A DNA stretch of 63,927 nucleotides, the filler included, from Octopus bimaculoides (Eukaryota), in NCBI RefSeq assembly GCF_001194135.2. It is 5 parts of 5 records of this genome, joined end to end, with 100 filler letters (N's around TTAATTAATTAA, not from the genome) between each part and the next. Parts side by side here need not be neighbours in the genome. Positions count along the whole stretch, not along the records: positions 25,546 to 51,651 come from NC_068991.1; positions 51,752 to 60,874 come from NC_068985.1; 3 more parts are not named here. One strand, given 5' to 3'. Position numbers and translations under genes: made by a program. The notes under the pieces were generated by a model that was not told the DNA's origin, did no database searches, and saw nothing but the letters and a program-made list of their open reading frames with translations. The stretch's first letter is position 1; every line of letters begins with the position of its first letter. Shown here piece by piece: positions 38,141-52,249 of this stretch.

Positions 38141-38489
38141 ATTTTTGTGTTCTTTGGTGTCTATCTTTATAATTTTTATTTTGATGGATCATATGACTTC
38201 TATTGCTACTAGATAACTGTAACAATAATAGTGAACAATTAGGAGTTCGAAGCCTATTTCTTCCATTACGTGTTGTGGTTGTGTAATGACTCGAAATTCC
38301 ACCACAGTACTTAGCTTGGGATTTACTATTTGTATCCTTGTTATAAACACTATTGTTACTACTTTCACTACTATTTATAAGTCTACTATTGAGGATATTA
38401 GAATTATTATTCTTAATCTTATTCATATATTTATTTATATTTTTATTGCCAATTTTCTATAACTAGGTATCAGTATAGAATGCTGTACA

Positions 38490-39802
38490 GTGGAGACAAG
38501 CATAATTTGAACATGCAAATGAATGGGAGAAAGAGAGTTTGCCGAATGTCGACCCAACAGAGAGACCAGCTATCCGAGTTGACAGTACCATAGTAGATAC
38601 AGCAATTAAGAGTATGAAGACAGGGAAAGCCCCTGGCCCATCAGGAATCACTGCAGAGATGCTCAAAATATCTGGCAGTGTCGGTTATATTTCTGGTAAG
38701 ACAGCTGCAGGAGAAATACCTAGCCAAGGATAAACCTCTGTACCTGGCTTTCGTTGACATGGAGAAAGCCTTTGACAGGGTCCCCTGGATCCCTTATTTG
38801 GTGGTCAATGAGGAAACTAGGGATAGAAGAATAGTTAGTGAGAGCTGTGCGAGCCATGTACAGAGACGCTGTTTGTAAGGTGAGGGTTGGCAATGAGTAC
38901 AGTGAAGAATTCCGGGTAGAGGTAGGGGTCCACCAAGGTCCTCCAGGCGATAACAAGAATTCAAGACAGGATGCCCCTGGGAGCTCCTCTATGCTGATGA
39001 CCTTGCACTAATTGCTGAGTTACTATCAGAACTAGAGAAGTTTCAGGTGTGGAAGCAAGGTCTAGAATCGAAGGGCCTTAGAGTCAACCTAGCTAAAACC
39101 AAAGTCCTAATAAGTAGGAAGGTAGAAAAAACACAAACCCCTTCTGGTAGATGGCTCTGCTCAATCTGTACAAAAGGCGTAGGTGGAAACTCTATAAGAT
39201 GTACCCAGTGTAAGCTATGGATACATAGAGATGCAGCAATATCAAAGGAAGGTTAACTAGGAAGTTAGTTCTTGTATGTGGCAGATGTTCAGGAGCAATA
39301 AACACTGTAAATGTGCAGAAAACAACTTCTGCCACATTCCAAGGAGAAAAACTAGACGTAGTTGTTGATAGCTTCCGCTATCTAGGTGACCAAGTTAGTA
39401 GTGAGGGAGGGTGCGCTGAAAGTGTAGCTGCTAGAATAAGAATAACCTGGGCAAAGTTCAGAGAGCTCTTACCACTGTTGGTGACAAAGGGTCTCTTTCT
39501 CAGAGTAAAAGGCAGACTGTATGACGCATGTGTACGAACAGCCATGCTACATGGCAGTAAAACATGGCCCGTGACTGCTGAGGACATGCGTAAGCTCGAA
39601 AGGAATGATGCCAGTATGCTCCGATGGATGTGTAATGTCAGTGTGCATACTCACAGAGTGTAAGTACCTTGAGAGAAAAGTTGAACCTAAGAAGCATGAG
39701 TTGTGGTGTGCAAGAGAGATGATTGCGCTGGTATGGTCATGTGGTGAGAATGGATGAGGATAGCTGTGTAAAAAAGTGCCACACCCTAGCAGTTGAGGGA
39801 AC
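38490..39802 (+). mobile_element. RTE-clade LINE fragment
   Basis: KAPGPSGITAEMLK, YADD, PHD-like region (frameshifted), FRYLG. Confidence 0.9.
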
Positions 39803-42800
39803 NNNNNNNNNNNNNNNNNNNNNNNNNNNNNNNNNNNNNNNNNNNNNNNNNNNNNNNNNNNNNNNNNNNNNNNNNNNNNNNNNNNNNNNNNNNNNNNNNN
39901 NNNNNNNNNNNNNNNNNNNNNNNNNNNNNNNNNNNNNNNNNNNNNNNNNNNNNNNNNNNNNNNNNNNNNNNNNNNNNNNNNNNNNNNNNNNNNNNNNNNN
40001 NNNNNNNNNNNNNNNNNNNNNNNNNNNNNNNNNNNNNNNNNNNNNNNNNNNNNNNNNNNNNNNNNNNNNNNNNNNNNNNNNNNNNNNNNNNNNNNNNNNN
40101 NNNNNNNNNNNNNNNNNNNNNNNNNNNNNNNNNNNNNNNNNNNNNNNNNNNNNNNNNNNNNNNNNNNNNNNNNNNNNNNNNNNNNNNNNNNNNNNNNNNN
40201 NNNNNNNNNNNNNNNNNNNNNNNNNNNNNNNNNNNNNNNNNNNNNNNNNNNNNNNNNNNNNNNNNNNNNNNNNNNNNNNNNNNNNNNNNNNNNNNNNNNN
40301 NNNNNNNNNNNNNNNNNNNNNNNNNNNNNNNNNNNNNNNNNNNNNNNNNNNNNNNNNNNNNNNNNNNNNNNNNNNNNNNNNNNNNNNNNNNNNNNNNNNN
40401 NNNNNNNNNNNNNNNNNNNNNNNNNNNNNNNNNNNNNNNNNNNNNNNNNNNNNNNNNNNNNNNNNNNNNNNNNNNNNNNNNNNNNNNNNNNNNNNNNNNN
40501 NNNNNNNNNNNNNNNNNNNNNNNNNNNNNNNNNNNNNNNNNNNNNNNNNNNNNNNNNNNNNNNNNNNNNNNNNNNNNNNNNNNNNNNNNNNNNNNNNNNN
40601 NNNNNNNNNNNNNNNNNNNNNNNNNNNNNNNNNNTATATTTATATATATATATATGATGGTCTTCTACCAAATCTACTGACAAGGCTTTAGTTGGCTTGA
40701 GGTTATAGTAGAAGACATGGTGGGACTGAGCCTGAATCCATATGGTTGGGAAGTGAGCTTCTAACCACACAGCCACATCATGAGAAAAAAAAAATTTCTC
40801 ATGTGTTCAATGTGGTCATTGGTAATTCTTGCCATTATATGGCAAAAAAGCACAATGTGAGTAATGAGGTTGGTATGCTGACCTTACTTATCAAACTGAT
40901 GTATTTGCGCCTGGTAAGAGGTCAAAATGGAACACAAGTCCAAGGCTTCAAATCTTGAGTTTGAGCTGGAATTTCAAGAAATGGACGGACTAATTATGAA
41001 GTAACATATGTCATGAAATGTAATGTTGAGGGATCAATGTGAGTTGTCTGGTGTAGCAGAAGATACTAGGTGCGTTGGACCAGTATCGATGGAAAACAAT
41101 GAAGAAAGGATTGGAATGTAGTTTACATTATTTATATGCTCACCGTTGCATTCACTTTGTTGGATACTTGAAACAAATATATCACTACATAATGTAGCCA
41201 ACTACTTCAAGTCAGTGAAGTTGTGTATGCAGAGAAATGTGCATTTGCCCATCGCTTCAGCTATGTTGTCTCTCACTCTACATTGTTGCTCTGTCTGGTC
41301 TGTAGCTTTCTATCTGGTCTCGCTCAGCTCACTCTGTTAACTGTCAGATCACCCTGCTGACTTCTTGTGTGTCTACGGAACTCGTATTTATAGTGGCCCA
41401 TTCTAGCCAGAAGGATGGATATACCATTATAAGAGTGGCTTGTACCTACTTAGGTCACTTGCTGTCCATCTGAACTTTCCGTGACATAGCCAGATTGGAG
41501 GTTGAGTGGAAACTCATCCATCACTTTGACAGGACAAAGAAATTTTTCCAACCTGGTCAGCTATTGGCGAGCAAGAATCTTTAGATTTGGTTTCGAATCT
41601 CAGCCTGGAAAATAAAATGTAGTTTCCACACATGTATTACTACAAGAAAATTGCACTAAATTGAGTTTAATAAATCTTTTAGAGCCCAAACTTAGCTTGA
41701 AATCATTGTATTGAGGATGTTGTTTATTCCCACTTCCTGTTTTAACAAACCTAGCAGATATTCTTGTTCATGTAAATTTCATTTTTTTTCTTTTGAGAAA
41801 TATTGGTCAAATTCTTCCAATAAAAATTATATTGTGCAATGAATATAATTTTGTAGACTATCAAAGTCGGATGTGATGTGTTTTTTTACATATATTGAAT
41901 ACAGTCAGGACAATTCGTGTCAGTATTTACATTTTTTTCCTCTCTCTCCTACTAACGAGTTTGTTGTAAGTTACAGATGTTGTTAATGCCTTTAGTTTAT
42001 GTCTTTAATGCTTAAAGCAAGGAATTAGTTTTCACATTTTGTTTGTTTTTTAATCTAGGTCTACCATACAATTCTGAGAAAGGAATCAGGTGGTTGTGGG
42101 ATGTGCTTCAAAAACAGCTAAATCTCCTTTCAATCATACATCTTTTTGTTTGAAAATATTTTCAAAACTTTTCTTTTTGTTTTTGTTTTACTGAAACGGC
42201 TTCACCTATCATTTTTAAGTGTGTGGTGCAAAAATAAAATTGGAAAAATGCCCATGAAAACGAAGAAAATCCAAAATTCTGCCATTTATAACCATTTTTA
42301 ATAGTCCATTAAAATTTTATTGAATTGTTGTTATATCCCAAAATCTCATGATTTATTTACCTACCAATGTGCCAAAACTCAAGTTCCTGTGGTTAGTAGT
42401 TTTGGATTTAACTAGGTCTGAAAACATTGCTTAATCGACCATTTGTTATATGTAACAAAATAGGCTTTACATAAATATTTTAAATATTGCCAAAAAAAAA
42501 AAAAGTTTCCTTTCCAGGAACCTGAAAAAATTAGGCAACTACTATACCATAGTCATTATTAATTCATTTAACTTGAAGATGATAATCACTTCAGTTTCAA
42601 AGATATGACATCACAAATATAGTTACTTATTCATTTAGGCAAGATTTTGACCAATTCATTTGACCATTCAAATTGTCATATTTCCTAAAATATTTTTCCA
42701 AATTTCACAAATGAAGTATTAAGATGTTTCTTTTTGGATGCTCTCCCAGAAAAAGTAAAATATAAATTACATTTAACTATTTTCAAAAATTCATAGTGAT

Positions 42801-43226
42801 GCCTACTAACCTCTAGTAGTAGTAGTTCAAATTATTATGAATGATAGTATCTGTAGCCTTAGTGCAGCCAAAAGTTTTATCGGTCTCTGGACAAAATTGC
42901 TTGTAACCTGCTTTAGACAATGCAGAGTTATAGTAAGCATATACATTAAATATTGCTTCACTAATAAAGATTTGTGAAATTCTAGTTACTAAAGAATTTA
43001 TTACACGAGAGGGATGATTAGATAAACAGCTTATATAAGTGGTAACTTCAGAAGGTTTTCTATAAGGATAATATAGGCCTGATTTAAGATCCAGGGAGCA
43101 TTTAGGAAATTAGTAGCCTTAGTATTATGTTCAAATTTTATCCCTAAGTTATAATTTGTAAAGAATTTTCTCAATTTTTTTGTAGAACTAATATAGTTCT
43201 TAATTTTGACAGAAACAGGGAGGCTA

Positions 43227-43292
43227 ATTCACTGGTGTAATGGTAACACAGTTGCATTAACAAAAGAATGTGGGTTCGAGTCCCATGTGGAT
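43227..43292 (+). pseudogene. Degenerate tRNA-like sequence or SINE head
   Basis: A box TGGTGTAATGG and B box GGTTCGAGTCC at tRNA spacing; anticodon arm does not pair. Confidence 0.45.
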
Positions 43293-43404
43293 AGGAAAGC
43301 CTACTTTTTTCTGTCGTGGGCTTATATGCTTCATTATTAGACTATTTTCCTTAGTCATTGTACGGTGATTGCTATAAGCTTTAAGCTTTTATAAATACCA
43401 TAAG

Positions 43405-43685
43405 CATAGGAGTGGCTGTGTGGTAAGTAGCTTGCTTACCAACCACATGGTTCCGGGTTCAGTCCCACTAAGTGGCACCTTGGGCAAGTGTCTTCTACTA
43501 TAGCCTCAGGCTGACCAAAGCCTTGTGAGTGGCTTTGGTAGACAGAAACTGAAAGAAGCCCGTCGTATATATGTATGTATGTGTGTGTGTGTGTATATGT
43601 TAGTTTGTCTATATCTTAGTCGATTTGCTCGACTAAAGGTGGTGTTCCAGCATGGCCACAGTCAAATGACTGAAACAAGTAAAAC
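43405..43685 (+). mobile_element. tRNA-derived SINE (family A)
   Basis: TGGCTGTGTGGT A box, GGTTCAGTCCC B box, family tail. Confidence 0.88.
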
Positions 43686-44059
43686 AGTATATATATATAT
43701 ATATATTCACACACACACACACACATATACATATACACACGCACACACACATGGAGGCATACCTTGGCTTAAGTCGTTTCGATTTAAATTGTTCTCGATT
43801 ATACGTCGGTTTTCAAACATTTTTATACACACACATCTTCACATATAGACATACAAATATCTAGAATCCACGATGTTTAGTTCGATTGGATGTGCTATCA
43901 GAAAGAAGATATACATGTACACACCTTGAGAATATAGTCTAATCTTATATATGAAACTATATGTATTTCATATTTTAAACAGGCTATTTAAAGAGTATTG
44001 AATGGTAATATTTAAAAAAATTAAGTTGAAGATTGAAGTGTGATATCAAATATTATTAT

Positions 44060-44830
44060 ATCATTTTAGATTAATAAAGAGGTATTTTGTCATGTCTCTA
44101 CATGAAAAAACTTTTTCATCCCTCTTATTAACTAGGTTCCCTTTCATGTTCATTATTTTATAGTTTTCTTACAGGTATAATCTACAGAATTTATTGTTAA
44201 TTTTGTAAGAAGGTGCACATGTTAAAATTTTCCATTTAATTATGAAGTTTACATTGTTTTTTTTTTTTGAGAGTCCAGTACTGTTCATTTTGTTTTGGTC
44301 CCTAAATGTTGATTCATGGTTTGCTATTTGTGATTTGATCCAGTTTTGTGTACATCTGATATAATGGTAGTTTGAAGAATCCTTTGTTATGACTGTCACT
44401 TGGTATACTACATTTTTTCTTTCACAATCCTTAACTTATATATGTTTGGGTCTCTACAATTACAATTATTGTGTGCAGGTAAATGGGTGTTATTGTTCTT
44501 CTTTGTTGATTTATATGAGTTGTAGTTAGTAGGATATTTATATTGTTATTTGTACCATTATGTTCTGCTTTTTATTTTTGTGTGCTTTAGATTCAATTTG
44601 TGTTTTTTTATTTTCATCTAATAGATCTAGTTTGCTATTATTAAGCAAAGATATTATCCTGAAAAGGTTGGGAGAAACTGAAAATCCAAGTCTGATATGT
44701 TTATTGTTAAATATCATCTACTCTTCTATTTCTGCGCAGATCATAAACCCCTTATTAGTTCTTTTCATTATCCTGTCTATTTCATTACCATGTCAACATG
44801 TAAATATAGTTTCAATAGTTTTGTCTTCCT
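44060..44830 (-). mobile_element. Penelope-like element 3' fragment (probably Naiad type), GIY-YIG endonuclease
   Basis: IFNNKHIRLGFSVSPNL, NHESTFR..NSTGLSK, IKWKI, CRLYL*E, NKRDE..SCR. Confidence 0.7.
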
Positions 44831-45047
44831 AGTTGCCTTAAGATAACCTTAGTTCATGCATATCCTTAACCGCCACATATTCATTTATTCAAGTTTATCA
44901 CACAGTCACTTATTTCTCTAATTTTGTCATAGATTGGCTGACCGAAAACTCTTTAGATTTTTCAATTCTATTTTACTATTATCAACTACCCAAATCCCAA
45001 AAGAATATTTTTCTCCCTCGTGTTCTGACCACCCTAACTATGACACG

Positions 45048-45166
45048 CTCTCTCTCTCTCTGCCTCACTCTGTCTCTCCCTCCCTCTCTCTCTGCCTCAC
45101 TCTGTCTCTCTCTCTCTCTGCCTCACTCTGTCTCTCTCTCTCTCTCTCTGTGCCTCACTCTGTCTC
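45048..45166. repeat. Compound minisatellite (CT)n-GCCTCACTCTGT
   Basis: Direct, about five units. Confidence 0.85.
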
Positions 45167-45430
45167 NNNNNNNNNNNNNNNNNNNNNNNNNNNNNNNNNN
45201 NNNNNNNNNNNNNNNNNNNNNNNNNNNNNNNNNNNNNNNNNNNNNNNNNNNNNNNNNNNNNNNNNNNNNNNNNNNNNNNNNNNNNNNNNNNNNNNNNNNN
45301 NNNNNNNNNNNNNNNNNNNNNNNNNNNNNNNNNNNNNNNNNNNNNNNNNNNNNNNNNNNNNNNNNNNNNNNNNNNNNNNNNNNNNNNNNNNNNNNNNNNN
45401 NNNNNNNNNNNNNNNNNNNNNNNNNNNNNN

Positions 45431-48400
45431 NTCTCCACCCATACCGGAAGTTCCTATCCTCTGTCATCCTTTGGTTGTCTCCCATGAACACTTCTAAATG
45501 CTTTATGCCATCCCCACACCTACTTAGGGTTTATCTTCTACGTAAGGTAGTGATCATATAGTGCATAAATACGATGGTGTAGTAGATGCAGGTTGAATTG
45601 AAGGCTATTGTTTGTTTATGAATTCTGCCAAATGTGAACTTTCTTTTCGGGTACATGACACTGCTGTCCCTCATCCCAGGGTCTCAGAGGCCCACACCTC
45701 CTACACCCTCAGGGTTGGCACTCTCAAAATCAGCACACTGAAAGGTAGGTCTGGTGAGATTCTTGAGATGCTTGAATGGAGATGTGTTGATTTCTGCTGC
45801 CTCCAAGAAGTAAGGTGGAGAGGAGGTTCCGCTAGGTTGCTCACAGGCAAACAACACAGGTACAAGATTTTTGGGGCAGAGAACACTGATGGGGTCGGGA
45901 GCATGGGTATACTTCTTGTGGAGAAATGGGTTGATAAGGTAATCAAGGTAGTCAGAGTATGTGACAGAATACTTAAGATTAGATTAGTGCTTCATCATGG
46001 GTTAGCAACCATTATCTCAGCCAGGGCTACCTGATGGACAGAAAGACTGATTTTATGACACCCTCTTGCAGACTACCTCGTTGACAAACGATAAGGACCT
46101 TCTCTTTGTGGCTGTTGACTTCAATGGACATGTTGGACAACATGCAGGGGGCTTCCATGGCGTTCATGGAGGCTACGGTTTTGGTTCCCGCAATGAGGAG
46201 GGAACCAGGCTACTGGAGTTCTGTGATGCATATGATCTTATGGTTTGCAATACTAACTTCAGGAAACCTACCAGTCACCTACCGTTCTGGCAGACACACT
46301 AGCCAAATTGACTACATCCTCACCAGAAAAAGGGAAAGATGGCTGCTTATAAATGCCAAAACCTTCCCAGGCGAAGAATGTACCCCACAACATAGATTAA
46401 TAGTTAGCGACTTCAGGATCATCAGAAGATGACCAACATGGAAGAGAAGGGTCTGGAAGCTTAAAGATCCTGCGAATGGACAGATTTAGAGACTTATTAC
46501 TCAAAGCCTTTGACGAAATAGAGGGGGATATAGCTTCACACGATGTAGAAGACAACTGGAGGTTTCTACGGGACAACCTGCTGAGGGACACTGACCAGAT
46601 CTGTGGATGGTGCAAAGTCCCCTCTCGACCCAAAATAACGTGGTGTTGGAACAATGTTGTTGACAGGACCATTAGAGAAAAGAAACAGGCTTGGAAGGAC
46701 TGGAAGAACGGTGGTAGCAAGGAATTGTGTCAGACTGCCAGAAGGGAAGCTAGGAGACAGGTTTACTTAGCCAGAGGGGAAGCAGATAAGAAAAAATTTG
46801 CCAATGTTCTGCGCCTTGAGGACCAAAGACTCGAGGTATTTCATGTTGCAAGACAGTGTGTGAGAGAGAATCGTGATGTCGTGGGAGAGAAATGTGTTCG
46901 CATGGATGATGGTACACTTGCACTAAACGAGGCTGCAAAGAGAGAGGTTTGGAGACACCACAATGAAAGGTTGCTCAATANNNNNNNNNNNNNNNNNNNN
47001 NNNNNNNNNNNNNNNNNNNNNNNNNNNNNNNNNNNNNNNNNNNNNNNNNNNNNNNNNNNNNNNNNNNNNNNNNNNNNNNNNNNNNNNNNNNNNNNNNNNN
47101 NNNNNNNNNNNNNNNNNNNNNNNNNNNNNNNNNNNNNNNNNNNNNNNNNNNNNNNNNNNNNNNNNNNNNNNNNNNNNNNNNNNNNNNNNNNNNNNNNNNN
47201 NNNNNNNNNNNNNNNNNNNNNNNNNNNNNNNNNNNNNNNNNNNNNNNNNNNNNNNNNNNNNNNNNNNNNNNNNNNNNNNNNNNNNNNNNNNNNNNNNNNN
47301 NNNNNNNNNNNNNNNNNNNNNNNNNNNNNNNNNNNNNNNNNNNNNNNNNNNNNNNNNNNNNNNNNNNNNNNNNNNNNNNNNNNNNNNNNNNNNNNNNNNN
47401 NNNNNNNNNNNNNNNNNNNNNNNNNNNNNNNNNNNNNNNNNNNNNNNNNNNNNNNNNNNNNNNNNNNNNNNNNNNNNNNNNNNNNNNNNNNNNNNNNNNN
47501 NNNNNNNNNNNNNNNNNNNNNNNNNNNNNNNNNNNNNNNNNNNNNNNNNNNNNNNNNNNNNNNNNNNNNNNNNNNNNNNNNNNNNNNNNNNNNNNNNNNC
47601 TGTGCAAGCCATGTATAGGGATGCTGTCAGTAAGGTGAGGGTTGGCAATGAATACAGTGAAGAATTCCGGGTAGAGGTAGGAGTCCACCAAGGTTCAGTC
47701 CTCAGCCCCCTCCTATTTATCATAGTCCTCCAGGCAATAACACAGGAATTCAAGACAGGTTGCCCCTGGGAGCTTCTCTATGCTGATGACCTTGCTCTAA
47801 TTGCTGAGTCACTATCAGAAGTAGAGGAGAAGGTTCAGGTGTGGAAGCAAGGTCTAGAATCGAAGGGCCTTAGAGTCAACCTAGCTAAAGCCAAAATCCT
47901 GATAAGTAGGAAGGTAAACAAACAACAAAACCCTTCAGGTAGATGGCCCTGCTCGATCTGTAGAAAAGGCGTAGGTAGAAACTCTATAAGATGTACCCAG
48001 TGTAAGCTATGGACACATAAGTGGTGCAGCAATATGAAAGGAAGGCTAACTGGGAAGATAGTTTTGTTTATGGCAGATGTTCAGGAGCAATAAACACCGA
48101 AAATGTGCAGAGAACAACTTCTGCCACATTCCAGGGAGAAAAACTAGTAGTAGTTGATAGCTTCTGTTACCTAGAGGACCAAGTCAGTAGTGGGGGTGGG
48201 TGCACTGAAAGTGTAGCTGCTGGAATAAGAATAGCTTGGGCAAAGTTCAGAGAGCTCTTACCTCTGCTGGTGACAAAGGGCCTCTTGCTCAGAGTAAAAG
48301 GTAGACTGTATGACGTATGTGTACGAACAGTCATGCTACATGGCAGTGAAACATGGGATGTAACTGCTGAAGACATGCATAAGCTCACAAGAAATGAAGC

Positions 48401-49218
48401 CAGTATGCTCTGATGGATGTGTAATGTAATGAGAGAAAAGTTGGACCTAAGAAGCATCAGATGTGGTGTGCAAGAGAGACGATTGCGCTGCTATGGTTAT
48501 GTGGCGAGAATGGATGAGGATAGCTGTGTGAAAAAGTGCCACACCCTATTGGTTGAGCGAACCTGTGAAAGAGGTAGACCCAGGAAGACCTGGGATGAGG
48601 TGGTGAAGCATGACCTTCGCACATTAGGCCTCACCGAGGCAATGACTAGTGACTGTTGTGCTTGAGAAGATCCAGCAAACCAAGTGAGATCATAGCCTGT
48701 GGCCTATGCCAGGGTGTAACCAACCCACTTATGCATACCTTTCCTTCATTCGACATTAAACTCTGCTTGCAAAGACCTGTTGAGGCAAGTGAAATTGAAA
48801 TCAATTCGATGACTTGCATCCGAGCAAGATCGTTGCCAGAGCAGCTGACTGGCTTCCGTGTCAGTGGTATGTAAAAAGCACCATTCGAACGCGCTCGTTA
48901 CCAGCTTCGCCTTACTGGCACGTGAAAAATATTTGAGTGAGGTCGTTGCCAGTGCTGCTGGACTGGCTCCTGTGCAGGTGGCACATAATAAACACCATTT
49001 GAGCATGGCCGTTGCCAGTACCACCTGACTGGCCCTTGTGCCGGTGGCACATAAAAGCACCCACTACTCTCTTGGAGTGGTTGGTGTTAGGAAGGGCATC
49101 CAGCTGTAGAAACTCTACCAGATCATATTGGAGCCTGGTGCAGCCATCTGCTTCGCCGTCCTCATTCAAATCGTCCAACCCATGCCAGCATGGAAAATGG
49201 ACATTAAACGATGATGTT
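45431..49218 (+). mobile_element. Near full-length RTE-clade LINE (APE endonuclease, RT, PHD-like finger, 3' UTR), inactivated
   Basis: LRVGTL..CCLQEVRW, VDFNGHVG, SQIDYIL, PQHRLIV, GVHQGSVLSP, YADD, (GAT)n tail. Confidence 0.93.
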
Positions 49219-49229
49219 GATTCTTGCGT

Positions 49230-50290
49230 ATCTAGTGTTTTTAAAGTTTTTATCAGTAATCTTTCTAATAAATTTTATAAAGTTTTGTCTTTAATTGTTT
49301 AGCGAAAGTTATTATCCATGTGCTTTTATCTGGGTGTATCTGGGTATTGATTTGTAGTCAGAATATCATTTTTTTCACACATGGTATTGGTTTCTTTTTA
49401 AGTATGTTTTTATTATCATTATTAATTTTATTATTATAGTTATTATTCTTATTGTTAATAATCGTACATTGGCTATTCATATTTTTCTTTTTAGTTATCT
49501 TTGTTTTTATTCATATCTTTTATTATATAGTTATTTGCGCAAGCATTATTTTTATTAGAATAATAATAATAATAATTGTTATGATTTCTTATTCTTATGT
49601 TCTTATTTTTAATTTTGTTTTTGGTATCATGTTTTTGTTTAATTTTTTTTTATAATTGGCCTGTTAGCATGTTTGTTATATTTATGATTGTTATTGGACT
49701 TTTCATTTCTTCATTATAAGAATATACTATTTCCTTATAGGCATCTAAGTTTCTAGTCATAACATTATTTATGTATTTATTTTCAATATGATTTTTAGTA
49801 GTGTTGCAGTTCCTATTGTACTTAATTTCATACTTATATCCTGCCTTAATTGCTATATTGTAATGGTCTTTGTGTGTATTAAATACTTCTTGTTAGAAGA
49901 TAGGTAATTGATACATTTCTCTATGTTTGTACTAAGGTTTGTTATAATATTTGGATGGTTACTGTTTGCATTTATATATCTAATGTTGGCGTTTGGTAAA
50001 TACAAGTATTAAGGTTGAAGTTAACGTCAAGAAAGTTTACAGAGATATTACCTTTTTCAATTAATATAGATAATCCTTGGTTCCTAAAAAATGTATGTAG
50101 TCACTTTTTGTAATTTCCCAATTTCCTATTTGTAATGTTCCTTACTATGAATAGGGCGTTGTCCTTGTATAGTCCGCCTTCTAATTCAGGAAATTCCTCT
50201 TTAAATCTATGTAGTGGATATATGCTGACTAACAGGGTTGGCCATAGGAGGTGCAGGGCCCAATTCAGAACAGTGGTCTATAGAATCATA
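49230..50290 (-). mobile_element. Penelope-like element RT fragment (probably Naiad type)
   Basis: GLYKDN (GLYRDD-like), VNFLDVNFNLNT, NSNHP, KFIRKITDKNF. Confidence 0.65.
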
Positions 50291-50329
50291 AAAATATAAA
50301 AATCCAGCTGTTGAAACTATGATACTGTG

Positions 50330-50585
50330 CAGTGCCACGTAAAAGCGCTCAATCAACATTATAAAGCGGTGGCGTTAGGAAGGACATCCTGCCGTTAAAG
50401 TCATGCTCCTGTGTGATGTCACGTAAAAGCACTCAGTGCACACTGTAAAGTGGTGGCATTAGGAAGAGCATCCAGCAACAAGAAACATGTCAAAGCAGAC
50501 GGGTGCCAGATGTAGCCCCTGGTTTGTTGGCTCGTGTCAAACTGTCCAACCTATGCCAGCATGGAAAATGGACGTTAAATGATGA
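50330..50585 (+). mobile_element. RTE 3'-tail module / RTE-partner SINE
   Basis: Two CACGTAAAAGC..GGTGGC.TTAGGAAG units and terminal CCAACCTATGCCAGCATGGAAAATGGACGTTAAATGATGA. Confidence 0.75.
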
Positions 50586-50685
50586 NNNNNNNNNNNNNNN
50601 NNNNNNNNNNNNNNNNNNNNNNNNNNNNNNNNNNNNNNNNNNNNNNNNNNNNNNNNNNNNNNNNNNNNNNNNNNNNNNNNNNNNN

Positions 50686-51651
50686 CGGGTCTTCTCACTC
50701 ACAGCATATTTCCAAAGGTCTCAGTCAGAAGTCATCGCCTCGGTGAAGTCCAATGTTCAAAGGTCGTGCCTCACCACCTCATCCCAGGTTTTCCTGGGCC
50801 TACCTCTTCCACAGGTTCTCTCAACTGCTAGGGTGTGGCACTTTTTTACACAGCTATCCTCATCCATTCTCGCCACATGACCATACCAGCGCAGTCGTCT
50901 CTCTTGCATACCACAACTGATGCTTTGTAAGTTCAACTTTTCTCTCAAGGTACTAATACTCTGTCTAGTATGCACACTGATATTACACAGCCATCAGAGC
51001 ATACTGGCTTCATTCCTTACAAGCCTACGCATGTCCTCAGCAGTCACGACCCATGTTTCACTGCCATGAAGCATGGCTGTTCGTACACATGTGTCATACA
51101 GTCTGCCTTTTACTCTGGGTGAGAGGCCCCTTGTCACCAAGAGAGGTAAGAGCTCTCTGAACCTTGCCCAGGCTATTCTTATTCTAGTAGCTACACTTTC
51201 AGCGCACCCTCCCTCACTACTAACTTGGTCACATAGACAGTGGAAGCTATCAACTACGTCTAGATTTTCTCCCTGGAATGTGGCAGAAGTAGTTTTCTGT
51301 ACATTTACAGTGTTTATAGCTCCTGAACATCTGCTACATACAAAAACTAACTTCCTAGTTAACCTTCCTTTGATATTGCTGCACCTCTTATGTGTCCATA
51401 GCTTGCACTGGGTGCATCTTATAGAGTTTCTACCTATGCCTTTGCTACAGATCGAGCAGGGCCATCTACCTGAAGGGGTTTGTGTGTTGTCTACCTTCCT
51501 ACTTATTAGGACTTTGGTTTTAGCTAGGTTGACTCTAAGTCCCTTCGATTCTAGTCCTTGTTTCCACACCTGAAACTTCTCCTCTAGTTCTGATAGTGAC
51601 TCAGAAATTAGTGCAAGGTCATCCTCTGTTATCGCCTGGAGGACTATAATA
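50686..51651 (-). mobile_element. RTE-clade LINE 3' fragment with intact PHD-like finger
   Basis: ORFs 50994-51569 and 50757-50975. Confidence 0.92.
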
Positions 51652-51751
51652 NNNNNNNNNNNNNNNNNNNNNNNNNNNNNNNNNNNNNNNNNNNNTTAAT
51701 TAATTAANNNNNNNNNNNNNNNNNNNNNNNNNNNNNNNNNNNNNNNNNNNN
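51652..51751. other. Scaffold-join gap with TTAATTAATTAA linker
   Basis: 44N+12+44N. Confidence 0.95.
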
Positions 51752-52156
51752 AACATAATGAAAAACGGTGCATCATCATCTACTGCCCAATCTGATAGAA
51801 TTCTGGCAGAACTATGTAGCAACAGATCGCCAGCAATTGCTTCATCAGAAATTGCCGTCCTACCTCCTGCGAAAAGGAATTGCCCTGCTATGTATAATCA
51901 AGGCAGCGCAAAAAGTTGTTTTGCACAAACATTTGTATATCCAATTAGACGGATGAAATTTACGTACACTTAATAGTTTTATACAAAACAGCCTTCAGAC
52001 TTTCCCTATTAATTTCGTCTTTTGAATTATGAACATATTTACATCATAAGGGTTTTTTCATTGTAAGGTTCTCTTTTTTAGTTGATTTTCACCTAGCAAC
52101 ACTTATCGTAGGTGGCGTAATAAGTCACACCCGGACAACGTCGGGTTATACTGCTA

Positions 52157-52157
<1 letters not shown>
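51752..52157 (+). mobile_element. Non-autonomous Helitron-like 3' end
   Basis: Hairpin CCCGGACAACGTCGGG (52130-52145) 8 nt before a terminal CTAG followed by T. Confidence 0.55.
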
Positions 52158-52234
<77 letters not shown>

Positions 52235-52249
52235 AAAGAATAAAAAGTT

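Noticed and set aside
44060-44400. Selenocysteine-encoding Naiad element
   Set aside because: The in-frame stop is TAA rather than TGA, the terminal Cys is TGT, and no SECIS was recognised
44060-50290. One Penelope-like element split by the RTE insertion
   Set aside because: The two pieces appear to overlap in the same protein region with divergent sequence, so they are probably separate copies
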